Source of the DNA: an uncultured Thiothrix sp. | Lineage (GTDB): Bacteria > Pseudomonadota > Gammaproteobacteria > Thiotrichales > Thiotrichaceae | Length of the DNA: 64,000 nucleotides | NCBI GenBank assembly: GCA_964420315.1 | Contig: CAYQTB010000001.1 | Coordinates: forward strand, 24,310 to 88,309 | Reading direction: 5' to 3' | Shown here: positions 46,901-57,141 of the stretch, one piece after another | How the letters are laid out: every line of letters begins with the position of its first letter | Numbering within the stretch: the stretch's first letter is position 1 | The notes under the pieces: model-generated | Told to the model about the DNA's origin: nothing | Database searches by the model: none | What the model saw: only the letters and a program-made list of their open reading frames with translations | Translations under genes and position numbers: made by a program

Positions 46901-47485
46901 GAGCTAACCGCGAATGCACAATTACACTGGCAAGGCGCACCGTTCAGCGTTGCCTTGGCGAATGTGAATGGTACGATTCAAGCCGAGCTTGGCAAAGGCA
47001 GTCTGACGGATGTTGACCCCGGTTTAGGGCGTTTATTGGGTTTGCTGGATGCGCAACGCTTACCGAATCGGCTAGCGCTGGATTTCCGCGATATGACGGT
47101 GAAAGGGGTGGCGTTTGATGCGATCACTGGCAGTTTCCGCTTGGAGCATGGTGTGCTGAACACCCACGATACCCTCATCGACGCGGCGGCAATGGTGGCG
47201 GGGATTGAGGGCAGTCTCGACCTTAGCCGCGCAACCTTGGATCATACCGTGACGGTCGTGCCAAACCTGCGTTCAACCTTGCCGGTGGTGGGGGCTGCGG
47301 TGGGCGGTATCGGCGGTGGTGCGGCGATGTTACTGTTGAATTCATTGACGGAAAAACCGGCTGCCCATCAAGTGCAAACCGGGGGGGGATTGCGTTACCG
47401 CGTGACTGGCTCGTGGGAAACACCGGAAATTGTCGAATTAAAACCACCATTAAAAAAGACGACTGTTGATGTTTTAACGCATTGA
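43958..47485 (+). CDS. yhdP: YhdP family (AsmA-like, DUF3971) large envelope protein
   Basis: About 1175 aa, with an N-terminal TM. It takes the conserved position after rng and has a C-terminal ..YRVTGSWETPEI motif. The TTG start is uncertain. Confidence 0.8.
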   Translation: MYFSRRQGGFVLRLTYLLLTFLFHWAVVLIALLGLAHLWLPMVDNYKGILEHELSRFVGNSISIGQIRVDHDSDELRWVLDNLQLTDDTSGQSPIQIRQLSLSVDWRESLRTLRLQPADIVLEGVEFVLRQEANALPEVQGLRFPLPGQKNTALNIERQSPIRISINSGFVHWMDVTNRRALTLSDLQFMGEILPNEITLQADALFPPTIGETLGVDAVLQQVTNAEGKAQWDGTLHTRTRIFNLAALPSPLLKHYGVNAGGLKLDATIKAAAGKPLHISGTGEIQHLGWTGNAQTPALQGVNASFTAANEGGSVKVKLNDSPLSYPQWFEKTLRVDSLAADLNWQVKADGWHWQLRHLSAENPDLTLQGIGTLTVPMQQVPAIDLNMTFATRRTVDNVRDYIPAIIPDNTEKWLKTAIVKGYVPKGEFILRGNPADFPFTRQSGVFDIRFAIENGVLAYLPEWPTAHEVNGELHFHNADMNATVHSARIMDLAVTGGTVAIPGMHGHDTHLLLDLNTQGDLQAHMNYLRDAPIGRSLRDFMPVARFSGESALHLKLDVPLRHATLEQQGVAVDGVVSLQGNRFAIPAYDQDFTKLQGQVHFDQHGVDVSEVSGQYRQQPLKLSARTDKAKGIISIDLQQQQQPAVFLPESLANLRQYLSGTALVNTRLELPAFNANTATGQAPTSLKVLARSQLQGVGIALPPPFGKAAAEARELQVAVELPFDSAQPWQALVGLGKHLQVQARLPHKGEQAPAIGIAVGGKPVNLPASGIQLGGELAELDLLKWQALGILSGAGAASSDMSNALRADLKIGKLTAGKQAFGEAALRVRGGDILKAHVQADHLQATMHLPVKAPASGRVNIDAQHLDLDQLGEQLSKGRAAVGKGLSPVKFPSMRFTCTDCRKGEFPLQSLHLSLNKSRDALLIEQLDIRHPLMVLSASKGRWYTAADGSSHTELTAKATVTEPGKLLAKPGKAAALQGGELTANAQLHWQGAPFSVALANVNGTIQAELGKGSLTDVDPGLGRLLGLLDAQRLPNRLALDFRDMTVKGVAFDAITGSFRLEHGVLNTHDTLIDAAAMVAGIEGSLDLSRATLDHTVTVVPNLRSTLPVVGAAVGGIGGGAAMLLLNSLTEKPAAHQVQTGGGLRYRVTGSWETPEIVELKPPLKKTTVDVLTH

Positions 47486-47525
47486 ACCGACAATGAGACC
47501 AAGCATACAGCAAGGGGAAATCAGC

Positions 47526-48350
47526 ATGGCGTTAATCGCAGCACTACAAATGGCAGCAGGCTCACAGGTTCAGGCGAATCTGATGGAAGCCGGGCGATTG
47601 ATTAAAGAAGCAGCAGCACGCGGCGCAGGCATGGTGGTGCTTCCTGAAACCTTTGCCGTGATGGGTGCGCACGATGCCGATAAAGTGAAAGTAGCAGAAA
47701 CCTTCGGTGAAGGGCCGATTCAGACCTTTATCAGTCAGCAAGCTCGTAAGTACGGCGTGTGGATTGTGGCAGGTACGATTCCGATTCGCTCTGACGATCC
47801 GGCGCGTTCTTATGCTGCCTCGCTGATGTACGATGCTAAAGGCAATGTGGTGGCGCGTTACGACAAAATTCACCTCTTTGATGTCATGCTCAGTGAAAAT
47901 CAGGAAGTGTATACCGAAAGCGATACGACCGTGCCGGGCAAAGCGCCTGTCGTGGTGGACACGCCGTTTGGCAAGGTTGGGATGTCGGTGTGTTACGACT
48001 TGCGGTTCCCTGAATTGTACCGGCGCTTATCCGAGCAAGGGGCGCAAATTTTAGTGGTTCCCGCAGCGTTTACCGAATTGACAGGTAAGGCGCATTGGGA
48101 GGTGTTATTGCGGGCGCGGGCGATTGAAAACCTGTGCTACGCGGTTGCTCCTGGACAGGGCGGCTACCATGTTAGCGGGCGTACTACTTACGGTCACAGC
48201 ATGATTGTGGATTATTGGGGGCGGGTACGCGGGGTGCGCGAAAAAGGTGCTGGTGTGGTGCTGGCTGACATTGATCTTGAAGCTTTGGAGCAAACCCGCA
48301 AGACTTTCCCGGTACTTTCCCATCGCTGCCCCAAAGAAAATATAAATTAA
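47526..48350 (+). CDS. carbon-nitrogen hydrolase (nitrilase superfamily) protein
   Basis: VVLPETF (Glu), HLFD..(Lys region), VCYDLRFPE (Cys nucleophile). I chose the ATG at 47526. Confidence 0.85.
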   Translation: MALIAALQMAAGSQVQANLMEAGRLIKEAAARGAGMVVLPETFAVMGAHDADKVKVAETFGEGPIQTFISQQARKYGVWIVAGTIPIRSDDPARSYAASLMYDAKGNVVARYDKIHLFDVMLSENQEVYTESDTTVPGKAPVVVDTPFGKVGMSVCYDLRFPELYRRLSEQGAQILVVPAAFTELTGKAHWEVLLRARAIENLCYAVAPGQGGYHVSGRTTYGHSMIVDYWGRVRGVREKGAGVVLADIDLEALEQTRKTFPVLSHRCPKENIN

Positions 48351-48358
48351 GGACTATC

Positions 48359-49807
48359 ATGAAACAGGCATACGATTTTGCCCGTGAGGCATTTTTTGCT
48401 CCGACGGATTTGAGTGAGGCGCATCTGGAACAGGTTTTCAGCCAGCTTTTAACCAAAGATACCACGCTGGCAGATTTGTATTTTCAGTCTACCCGCTATG
48501 AATCCTGGGGATTGGAAGAGGGCATTATCAAAAGCGGCAGTTACAGTATCGAGCAAGGCGTCGGCGTGCGCTCGGTATGCGGTGAGCAAACCGGCTTTGC
48601 CTACAGCGGTGAAATTACCTTGCCTGCCTTGCTGGAATCCGCCAAAGCTGCCCGTGCGATTAGCCGCGCTGGGCAATCGGGTGCGGTGAATGCGTGGACA
48701 GTGCGTACCCCACAGCGTCCGCTTTACGGGATGGATGACCCGCTGAACTCGTTGTCAGAAGACGATAAGATCAGTTTCTTACGCCAGATCGACAGCATTG
48801 CACGTGCCGCCAGCCCTTACGTGCAGCAAGTGATGGCGAATATGGTAGCGGTGCATGAAATCATTTTGGTGGTGGATGAAACCGGACGCATGACGGCTGA
48901 TATTCGCCCGCTGGTGCGCACTAATGTGTCAGTCATTGTGGAACGTAACGGGCAAACTGAAAGTGCGACAGCAGGTGGTGGCGGACGTTTTAGCCTCGAT
49001 TTCTTCGTGAGCGGCAATAAGGCGCAAGAATACGCCGAAGAAGCAGTACGCAAAGCCTTGATTAATCTGGATGCGGAAGCCGCCCCAGCGGGCAGTATGA
49101 CGGTGGTGTTGGGTAATGGTTGGCCGGGTGTCTTGTTGCATGAAGCGATTGGGCACGGTTTGGAAGGCGATTTCAACCGCAAAGGCACGTCGGCGTTTGC
49201 GGGGCGAATTGGTGAACAAGTGGCTGCCAAAGGCATTACCGTGGTGGATGATGGCACGCTGGAACAACGCCGTGGTTCGCTCAGTGTGGATGATGAAGGC
49301 ACGCAAACCCAATGCACTACCCTGATTGAAGATGGGATTCTCAAAGGGTATTTATTTGACCGTCAGAATGCAGCATTGATGGGAACACAATCCACGGGCA
49401 ACGGTCGGCGTCAGTCTTACGCCAATTTGCCGATGCCGCGCATGACCAATACCTACATGCGGGCGGGCGACTATGACCCGGTGGAAATCATTGCATCGGT
49501 GGAGAAGGGTATTTATGCGGTGAATTTCTCTGGTGGGCAAGTGGATATTACGTCGGGTAAATTCGTGTTTTCCGCCTCGGAAGCGTATCAAATTGAAAAT
49601 GGTAAGCTCGGCAAGCCGTTGAAAAATGCCACGCTAATCGGCAATGGCCCGGATGTTTTAACCCGCGTCAGCATGGTTGGCAATGATTTGCAATTGGATA
49701 CCGGCATTGGTGTATGCGGTAAAGACGGGCAAAGCGTACCCGTGGGCGTGGGTCAACCAACACTTCGGGTTGACGGTTTGACCGTTGGCGGTACAGCGAC
49801 AGCATAA
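48359..49807 (+). CDS. tldD: metalloprotease TldD
   Basis: 482 aa; HEAIGHGLEGD metal-binding motif; followed by pmbA. Confidence 0.9.
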   Translation: MKQAYDFAREAFFAPTDLSEAHLEQVFSQLLTKDTTLADLYFQSTRYESWGLEEGIIKSGSYSIEQGVGVRSVCGEQTGFAYSGEITLPALLESAKAARAISRAGQSGAVNAWTVRTPQRPLYGMDDPLNSLSEDDKISFLRQIDSIARAASPYVQQVMANMVAVHEIILVVDETGRMTADIRPLVRTNVSVIVERNGQTESATAGGGGRFSLDFFVSGNKAQEYAEEAVRKALINLDAEAAPAGSMTVVLGNGWPGVLLHEAIGHGLEGDFNRKGTSAFAGRIGEQVAAKGITVVDDGTLEQRRGSLSVDDEGTQTQCTTLIEDGILKGYLFDRQNAALMGTQSTGNGRRQSYANLPMPRMTNTYMRAGDYDPVEIIASVEKGIYAVNFSGGQVDITSGKFVFSASEAYQIENGKLGKPLKNATLIGNGPDVLTRVSMVGNDLQLDTGIGVCGKDGQSVPVGVGQPTLRVDGLTVGGTATA

Positions 49808-49818
49808 GGACAATAACC

Positions 49819-51162
49819 ATGATTGAACTCGACAACCGTTTCGACCTTGCAACCGAATGTCAAGCGATGGCGGAGCATGTGCTGGCGGCAGCCAAAGCCA
49901 AAGGTGCGACGGCGGCTGAACTCGACATCGACAAAAGCATGGGGCTTTCCGTCGAAGTGCGCATGGGGCAGGTGGATAAGCTGCAATACCACCGTGATCA
50001 GGGCATTAACTTGACGGTTTTTTTCGGGCATCGCAAAGGTTATGCCTCCACGGGTGATTTTTCGCCGCAAGCCTTGGCGGATACCTTGGAAGCGGCGTGC
50101 CGGATTGCGCGTTATACCTCAGAAGATGCTTTCAACGGTTTGGCGGATGCGGAACGCATGGCGACGGCATTTCCGAAGCTGGATTTGTATCACCCGTGGG
50201 CGTTGAATGCGGATATGGCAATTGACATGGCGCTGCAAACCGAAGCGGTGGCGCGTGAGCATGATGCCCGTATTACCAATAGCGAAGGCGCGGGCGTGGA
50301 CAGCTACGCGGGTATGAGCTTGTATGCGAATTCGCACGGTTTCATGGGGGTTAGTCACAGTACGCGCCATTCCTTGAGCTGTTCGGTAGTGGCGCAAGAT
50401 GGCGACTCCATGCAACGTGATTACTGGTATAGCGTGTCGCGCGTACCGGGATTGCTGGAATCGGCGGATAGCGTGGGGGCGGAAGCGGCGCAACGCACGG
50501 TGCGACGTTTGAATGCGCGTTCCTTATCTACCCGTGAAGCCCCGGTATTGTTTGTGCCGCAAATGGCAAGGGGTTTGATTGGGCAATTGGTATCAGCGAT
50601 CAGCGGTGGTTCGCAATATCGCAAGGCCAGCTTTTTGCTGAATTCTATCGGGCAACAAGCCTTCCCCGATTTTGTACATTTGCGTGAAGACCCGTTGATT
50701 CGTCAAGCTCTGGGTAGCCGTTCTTACGATGCCGAAGGCGTGGCAACGCAAGCGCGGGATATTGTTAAAGAGGGCATTATCCAAGGCTATTTCCTTGGTA
50801 GCTACAGTGGTCGTAAGTTGGGAATGCCGAGCACGGGCAGTGCGAGTGGCGTGACTAATTTATTATTGGCGGATACGGGTACCAGTTTCCCTGACTTATT
50901 GGCGCAAATGGGAACCGGCTTGATGGTAACGGAATTGATCGGTAACGGTGTCAATGGCATTACCGGCGACTATTCGCGGGGTGCGGTGGGTTACTGGGTC
51001 GAAAATGGCATGATTGTGCATCCGGTGGAAGAGGTGACGATTGCCGGAAACTTGAAGGCTATGTTCAAAGGCATCGTCGCGATTGGGGATGATGTGGATG
51101 AACGTGGTAGTATCCGTACCGGATCGATTTTGATTGATAAAATGACCATTGCCGGTCAATGA
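49819..51162 (+). CDS. pmbA: metalloprotease PmbA (TldE)
   Basis: 447 aa TldD/PmbA-fold protein (GITGDYSRGAVGYWVENG) lacking HExxxH, as expected for PmbA. Confidence 0.88.
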   Translation: MIELDNRFDLATECQAMAEHVLAAAKAKGATAAELDIDKSMGLSVEVRMGQVDKLQYHRDQGINLTVFFGHRKGYASTGDFSPQALADTLEAACRIARYTSEDAFNGLADAERMATAFPKLDLYHPWALNADMAIDMALQTEAVAREHDARITNSEGAGVDSYAGMSLYANSHGFMGVSHSTRHSLSCSVVAQDGDSMQRDYWYSVSRVPGLLESADSVGAEAAQRTVRRLNARSLSTREAPVLFVPQMARGLIGQLVSAISGGSQYRKASFLLNSIGQQAFPDFVHLREDPLIRQALGSRSYDAEGVATQARDIVKEGIIQGYFLGSYSGRKLGMPSTGSASGVTNLLLADTGTSFPDLLAQMGTGLMVTELIGNGVNGITGDYSRGAVGYWVENGMIVHPVEEVTIAGNLKAMFKGIVAIGDDVDERGSIRTGSILIDKMTIAGQ

Positions 51163-51185
51163 GTTAGGTGATGTAAAGGAAGTGT

Positions 51186-51497
51186 ATGAGTCAGTTTGAA
51201 AATGTTAGCGTGACTAAAACCGCGAATGTGTATTTTGGGGGTAAGTGTGTCAGCCACACCGTAACGCTGGCGGATGGTACTCGCAAGAGCGTGGGGGTGA
51301 TTTTACCGTCTACCCTAACGTTTAATACGGGTGCGCCGGAAATTATGGAATTGCTGCAAGGTCGCTGCCGCGTGCGGTTAGCGGGCAGCGATGCTTGGTT
51401 GGATTATGCTGGCGGGCAAGCGTTTGAGGTGGGTGCAAATTCTTCCTTCGACATTGAGACGTTGGAAGATTTGCACTACGTGTGCCATTTCGGTTGA
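51186..51497 (+). CDS. ppnP: pyrimidine/purine nucleoside phosphorylase (DUF1255)
   Basis: 103 aa; [21 protein letters not shown] are typical PpnP motifs. Confidence 0.8.
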   Translation: MSQFENVSVTKTANVYFGGKCVSHTVTLADGTRKSVGVILPSTLTFNTGAPEIMELLQGRCRVRLAGSDAWLDYAGGQAFEVGANSSFDIETLEDLHYVCHFG

Positions 51498-52160
51498 TTA
51501 GTTGAGGTGCTGGGCGGGGCGGGTTAAGGCTTTTCCGTCCAGCATTGCTTGATTGCTTTCCAGTTTTAACCTGCCTTCCAGAAACCATTGGATCGCACGC
51601 GGGTAGATAATATGTTCCTGTTCTTGCACCCGTTGCGCAAGGCTTTGTTCTGTATCGCTGGGTAACACCGGCACTTTGGCCTGAATAATTACCGGACCAC
51701 CATCCAATTCTGGGGTCACGAAATGTACGCTGACACCGTGTTCATGCCCGCCATCTTCCAATACGCGCCGATGGGTGTGAAGACCTTTGTACAGCGGCAA
51801 TAGGGAAGGGTGGATATTGAGCATTCGCCCCGCGTAATGGCGCACAAAGTCTGGCGTGAGGATGCGCATAAATCCCGCCAGCACTACTAAATCCGGCTCG
51901 AAACCGTCAATCTGCGTTTGCAAGGCTTGATCGAACGCAGCACGGCTGTCAAAGCGGGTGTGATCCAGCGTGACGGTTGGGATTCCCGCATCAGCAGCGC
52001 GTTGCAAGCCCAATACGTCGGCGCGATTGCTGATGGCTGCTGCAATCCGCGCACTCAGGCGACCAGCTTTAATCGCGTTGATAATGGCTTGCAAGTTGCT
52101 GCCGTTGCCTGAAATCAGCACCACCAATGCAGGCAGTGCTGTATGTTTGTCAATCGACAT
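51498..52160 (-). CDS. purN: phosphoribosylglycinamide formyltransferase
   Basis: [14 protein letters not shown]; [16 protein letters not shown]; [13 protein letters not shown] chose the ATG at 52160, which overlaps the purM 3' end by 11 nt. Confidence 0.9.
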   Translation of the reverse strand: MSIDKHTALPALVVLISGNGSNLQAIINAIKAGRLSARIAAAISNRADVLGLQRAADAGIPTVTLDHTRFDSRAAFDQALQTQIDGFEPDLVVLAGFMRILTPDFVRHYAGRMLNIHPSLLPLYKGLHTHRRVLEDGGHEHGVSVHFVTPELDGGPVIIQAKVPVLPSDTEQSLAQRVQEQEHIIYPRAIQWFLEGRLKLESNQAMLDGKALTRPAQHLN

Positions 52161-53220
52161 ATTGGACGAATGGGGTATCAGTGTCAGACGTATCCATCGT
52201 GCCAATTTGCCAAGCCTTGATGTTTTCCAAGCGGCAAGTACTAATGATTTCTTCGGATTTGTCGGCGGGAACGACCAGAATCATGCCGATGCCGCAGTTG
52301 AAAGTGCGCAGCATTTCATCATCTGCCACGCCGCCTTTTTCCTGTAACCAATGGAAGATTGCCGGGCGTTGCCAGCTACTCAGGCTGATTTTAGCCTTGG
52401 TGCGGGCAGGTAAAACACGCGGTAAATTTTCGGTTATACCACCGCCGGTGATGTGTGCGACCGCGTGTAAATGATAACGGCGCATTAAACCGAGAATCGC
52501 TTTGACGTAAATCTTGGTGGGTTCCAGTAATGTCCGCCCTAAGGTGCTGTCACCGAAGGGTTCATCCAGTGATGCGCCACTGACTTCAAGAATTTTGCGG
52601 ATCAGGGAATAGCCGTTGGAATGCGGGCCGCTGGAAGCCAGCCCAATTAGCACGTCATTCCGGTGTACGCGGGAATTATCGAGAATATTGTCACGTTCTA
52701 CCACGCCGACGCAGAAGCCTGCGAGGTCGAAATCGTCACCGTGGTACATGCCGGGCATCTCTGCCGTTTCGCCGCCAGCGAGTGCAGCACCGGCTTGGGA
52801 ACAGCCTTCAGCGATACCGGCGATGACCTTTTCGGCAATATCCACGTCAAGTTTGCCGGTAGCAAAGTAGTCGAGGAAAAATAACGGTTCTGCGCCGCTA
52901 ACAATAATGTCATTGACGCACATGGCGACCAGATCAATGCCGATGGTGTCGTAAATGCCTGTGTCGATAGCAAGGCGAAGTTTGGTGCCTACGCCATCCG
53001 TACCGGATACCAGCACGGGGTGTTTATAATGCGAAGGAATCGACATGAGTGCGCCGAAACCACCCAACCCGCCTAACATTTCAGGGCGTTTGGTGCGTTG
53101 GGCGTGGGGTTTGATGCGTTCTACCAGCGTATTGCCTGCGTCAATATCAACGCCAGCGCCACGGTAGGTTAGGGAGGGTTTGCTTGAATCCATTAAGCCT
53201 GTCTCGGTTAGGGCAGTCAT
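52150..53220 (-). CDS. purM: phosphoribosylformylglycinamidine cyclo-ligase
   Basis: [12 protein letters not shown]; [10 protein letters not shown]; GGETAEMPG. The start may instead be the ATG at 53193. Confidence 0.92.
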   Translation of the reverse strand: MTALTETGLMDSSKPSLTYRGAGVDIDAGNTLVERIKPHAQRTKRPEMLGGLGGFGALMSIPSHYKHPVLVSGTDGVGTKLRLAIDTGIYDTIGIDLVAMCVNDIIVSGAEPLFFLDYFATGKLDVDIAEKVIAGIAEGCSQAGAALAGGETAEMPGMYHGDDFDLAGFCVGVVERDNILDNSRVHRNDVLIGLASSGPHSNGYSLIRKILEVSGASLDEPFGDSTLGRTLLEPTKIYVKAILGLMRRYHLHAVAHITGGGITENLPRVLPARTKAKISLSSWQRPAIFHWLQEKGGVADDEMLRTFNCGIGMILVVPADKSEEIISTCRLENIKAWQIGTMDTSDTDTPFVQYVD

Positions 53221-53331
53221 AAAGAGCGGATTCTAACATAGCCATCCCACGGCTGACAGACAGAAAACCCAACCTTTGCTTGAAAAAGCACTGGAAATGG
53301 CAGGGCGTTTTGCGTATCATATTTATCCTTC

Positions 53332-53419
53332 GGAGAGCTGGTCGAGTGGTCGAAGGCGGCGGTCTTGAAAACCGTTGAGGGTTAAACCTCCGGGGGTTCG
53401 AATCCCTCGCTCTCCGCCA
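53332..53419 (+). tRNA. tRNA-Ser (anticodon UGA), type II with long variable arm, encoded CCA
   Basis: Acceptor stem GGAGAGC / GCTCTCC; anticodon loop CT-TGA-AA; long variable arm; T-loop GGTTCGAATCC; 3' GCCA. Confidence 0.9.
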
Positions 53420-53447
53420 TATTTTTGTACGGTGATAGCCGACAAAG

Positions 53448-54789
<1,342 letters not shown>

Positions 54790-54814
54790 TATATCAGGAA
54801 AATACGGCACGAAC

Positions 54815-54828
54815 TTGATTCTGCGCAA
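54815..54828 (+). promoter_or_regulatory. partial FNR/FixK-type box upstream of ccoG
   Basis: TTGATTCTGCGCAA matches TTGA-N6-TCAA at 7 of 8 positions. It lies 76 nt upstream of the ccoG ATG. Pattern match only. Confidence 0.3.
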
Positions 54829-54903
54829 TGTAAGCAGCGCAGGGTCGGGTATGATGCAGGCTTTTCACCCTGTCCGGCACAGCCAACGATTGGATATTGC
54901 AAC

Positions 54904-56307
54904 ATGAGTAGTATTGAACAAGCCATCCAGCCCAAAGCCTCTCTCCAGCCTCGCTCGGTAGCAGGGCGTTTTCGTAACATGAAAACCGGCATTTTGTTGC
55001 TAGGCTATGCGGTGTTTTTCTTGTTGCCTTGGGTTCGCTGGGAACGCGCTGTGGGCCCGGATCAGGCAATCTTGTTTGATATTCCAGGGCGACGTTACTA
55101 CATGTTCGACTTGGTGATGTACGCGCAGGATATTTTCTGGCTGACGGCGTTGCTATTCCTCGCGGCGGTATTGTTGTTCTTTGTGACCACGTTGTTTGGG
55201 CGGGTGTTCTGCGGGTATTTTTGTTTCCAAACTTTGTGGACGGATGCATTCCGCTGGATTGAGCGTTGGGTGCAAGGCGATCGTGTCGCCCGCTTGCGTT
55301 TGGATAAACAGCCGTGGAATGCTGAAAAGATTCGTAAAGTGGGTTTGACCCACGCTTTGTGGCTGCTGTTAGCGATGTGGACAGGCTTGAGTTTCGGTCT
55401 GTACTGGGGGGACGCGTTTGAGCTGACTGCCAGATTCTTCACCGGAACAGCCCCCGCCGCATTATACGGCACGGTCATTATTTTAACACTTACCACTTAT
55501 TTGGCAGCCGGTTGGGCGAAGGAATACGTGTGTTTGCACATGTGCCCTTACTCCCGTTTCCAAAGCGTTATGTTTGACCAAGATACCATGATCGTGTCGT
55601 ATGACACGAAGCGCGGTGAAGGTACTACCGGGCGTGTCAAGCCGGTGAAAGCGTTGCGTGATCAAGCTTTCCGTCAGGAACAAGGTCACGGCGATTGTGT
55701 GGATTGTGGCTTGTGTGTGCAAGTTTGCCCGACGGGTATTGACATCCGTGACGGCTTGCAAATTGGCTGCATTCACTGTGCGCTGTGTATTGATGCCTGC
55801 GATGGCATTATGGATAAACAGGGGTGGAAACGCGGCTTGATCCGTTACACCTCTGAACATGCGTTGGAAGGCAAAAAGACCAAAATCATCAAGTTGCGCA
55901 CCGTGGGTTATGGCTTGGCTACCTTGTTGGCAACGGTTTATTTGGTGTGGAGCATTGCCAGTAGCAAGCAACTGGAGGTGACTGCCGTGCAGATTCGCAG
56001 CCCCTTGTACGTCACACTTTCTGATGGGCGTATCCAGAACAGCTACGAAATCAAAATCAATAACAAAACGATGGAGGCAGCGCGTTATACCCTAGCCATT
56101 GAGGGTTTGCCTAATGCTGAAATGGATTTGCAGATCAATGATTTGAGCGCGAAACCGGATTCAACACTGCGTGTCTTGGCAAAAGTCCGCTATACTATGC
56201 AACCCGGTGAGGCAGGTAAAAACCATGACTTCCAGTTCAGGCTCACGCCAGTGGAAGGTAAGGTGATAGCACCTGTCATCGTTCCTTCACACTTCATGAC
56301 TCCGTAA
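54904..56307 (+). CDS. ccoG: cytochrome c oxidase accessory protein CcoG/FixG
   Basis: Membrane N-terminal region; ferredoxin motifs CVDCGLCVQVCP and CIHCALCIDAC. Confidence 0.9.
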   Translation: MSSIEQAIQPKASLQPRSVAGRFRNMKTGILLLGYAVFFLLPWVRWERAVGPDQAILFDIPGRRYYMFDLVMYAQDIFWLTALLFLAAVLLFFVTTLFGRVFCGYFCFQTLWTDAFRWIERWVQGDRVARLRLDKQPWNAEKIRKVGLTHALWLLLAMWTGLSFGLYWGDAFELTARFFTGTAPAALYGTVIILTLTTYLAAGWAKEYVCLHMCPYSRFQSVMFDQDTMIVSYDTKRGEGTTGRVKPVKALRDQAFRQEQGHGDCVDCGLCVQVCPTGIDIRDGLQIGCIHCALCIDACDGIMDKQGWKRGLIRYTSEHALEGKKTKIIKLRTVGYGLATLLATVYLVWSIASSKQLEVTAVQIRSPLYVTLSDGRIQNSYEIKINNKTMEAARYTLAIEGLPNAEMDLQINDLSAKPDSTLRVLAKVRYTMQPGEAGKNHDFQFRLTPVEGKVIAPVIVPSHFMTP

Positions 56308-56313
56308 GGTCGC

Positions 56314-57135
56314 ATGGAAAATCAAAATATAGCGTTCACATTAGGGGTAGGCGTACTGGTTTCGCTTGCCCTGTTTGTCTTGTTTTACAAAGTCCTGAAA
56401 CGCCCCGGTAAGCTGGCGTCATTACTGACATTTTTGGTCGTGTTGGCGATTTATGTACCCTTGGCAGTATTGTATTGGGCAGGTCTGGATGTATTCGCCA
56501 TCCACTTTGCCTTTTTCACGATGGCAGCGGTGTTGCCGGGGATTATTGTCGGCAACCGACTTGGCTCAGATACTGATAGTGGCAGGTTGCATTGGGGACC
56601 GGGGATTATTATCGGCTTTTTCATGATACTCGTGATTGTGGACTCCACTATTATTACTTTGGCAAACAGTGGTGCGAGCGCTGATTTTATCCGTCATTTC
56701 TTGCCAGAACCACGCCGTGAAAGCGCACAAAATGTTACCTCTGCTTTCCCTGGTACGGTTTCCAATGACTACCAGAAAAAATATGACCTGTATAATAACT
56801 ACATTGGTCAATTGAAAACCCAGCAGGAACGTGGTTGGCAGGTCGCCGATGGTTGGTTGGAAAAGCCACAGCCGAATAAGGCGAGCATGTTCCGTATCCA
56901 CGTGACCGATAAAGCGGGTCAAGCCGTCATGGGCGGGAATGTGAAGGTTTCTTTTTTACGCCCTTCTAATAAAGCAATGGATGTCACTTTGGAGTTGCCG
57001 GAAGCTGCCCCCGGTTTTTATGGGCAACCCATTGCTTTGCCTGCACCGGGGGCATGGGATATGGTGATGACGGTTAAGCGTGGGGATGAAGTCCACGAAG
57101 TGAAAGGTGAAACTTGGGTTGGTGAGAAACCTTAA
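56314..57135 (+). CDS. FixH-domain protein with extended N-terminal membrane region
   Basis: 273 aa, with about four predicted TM helices. A FixH-like beta domain follows (MFRIHVTDKAGQAV..VKVSFLRPS..). Positioned between ccoG and ccoI. Confidence 0.7.
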   Translation: MENQNIAFTLGVGVLVSLALFVLFYKVLKRPGKLASLLTFLVVLAIYVPLAVLYWAGLDVFAIHFAFFTMAAVLPGIIVGNRLGSDTDSGRLHWGPGIIIGFFMILVIVDSTIITLANSGASADFIRHFLPEPRRESAQNVTSAFPGTVSNDYQKKYDLYNNYIGQLKTQQERGWQVADGWLEKPQPNKASMFRIHVTDKAGQAVMGGNVKVSFLRPSNKAMDVTLELPEAAPGFYGQPIALPAPGAWDMVMTVKRGDEVHEVKGETWVGEKP

Positions 57136-57141
57136 GCCATT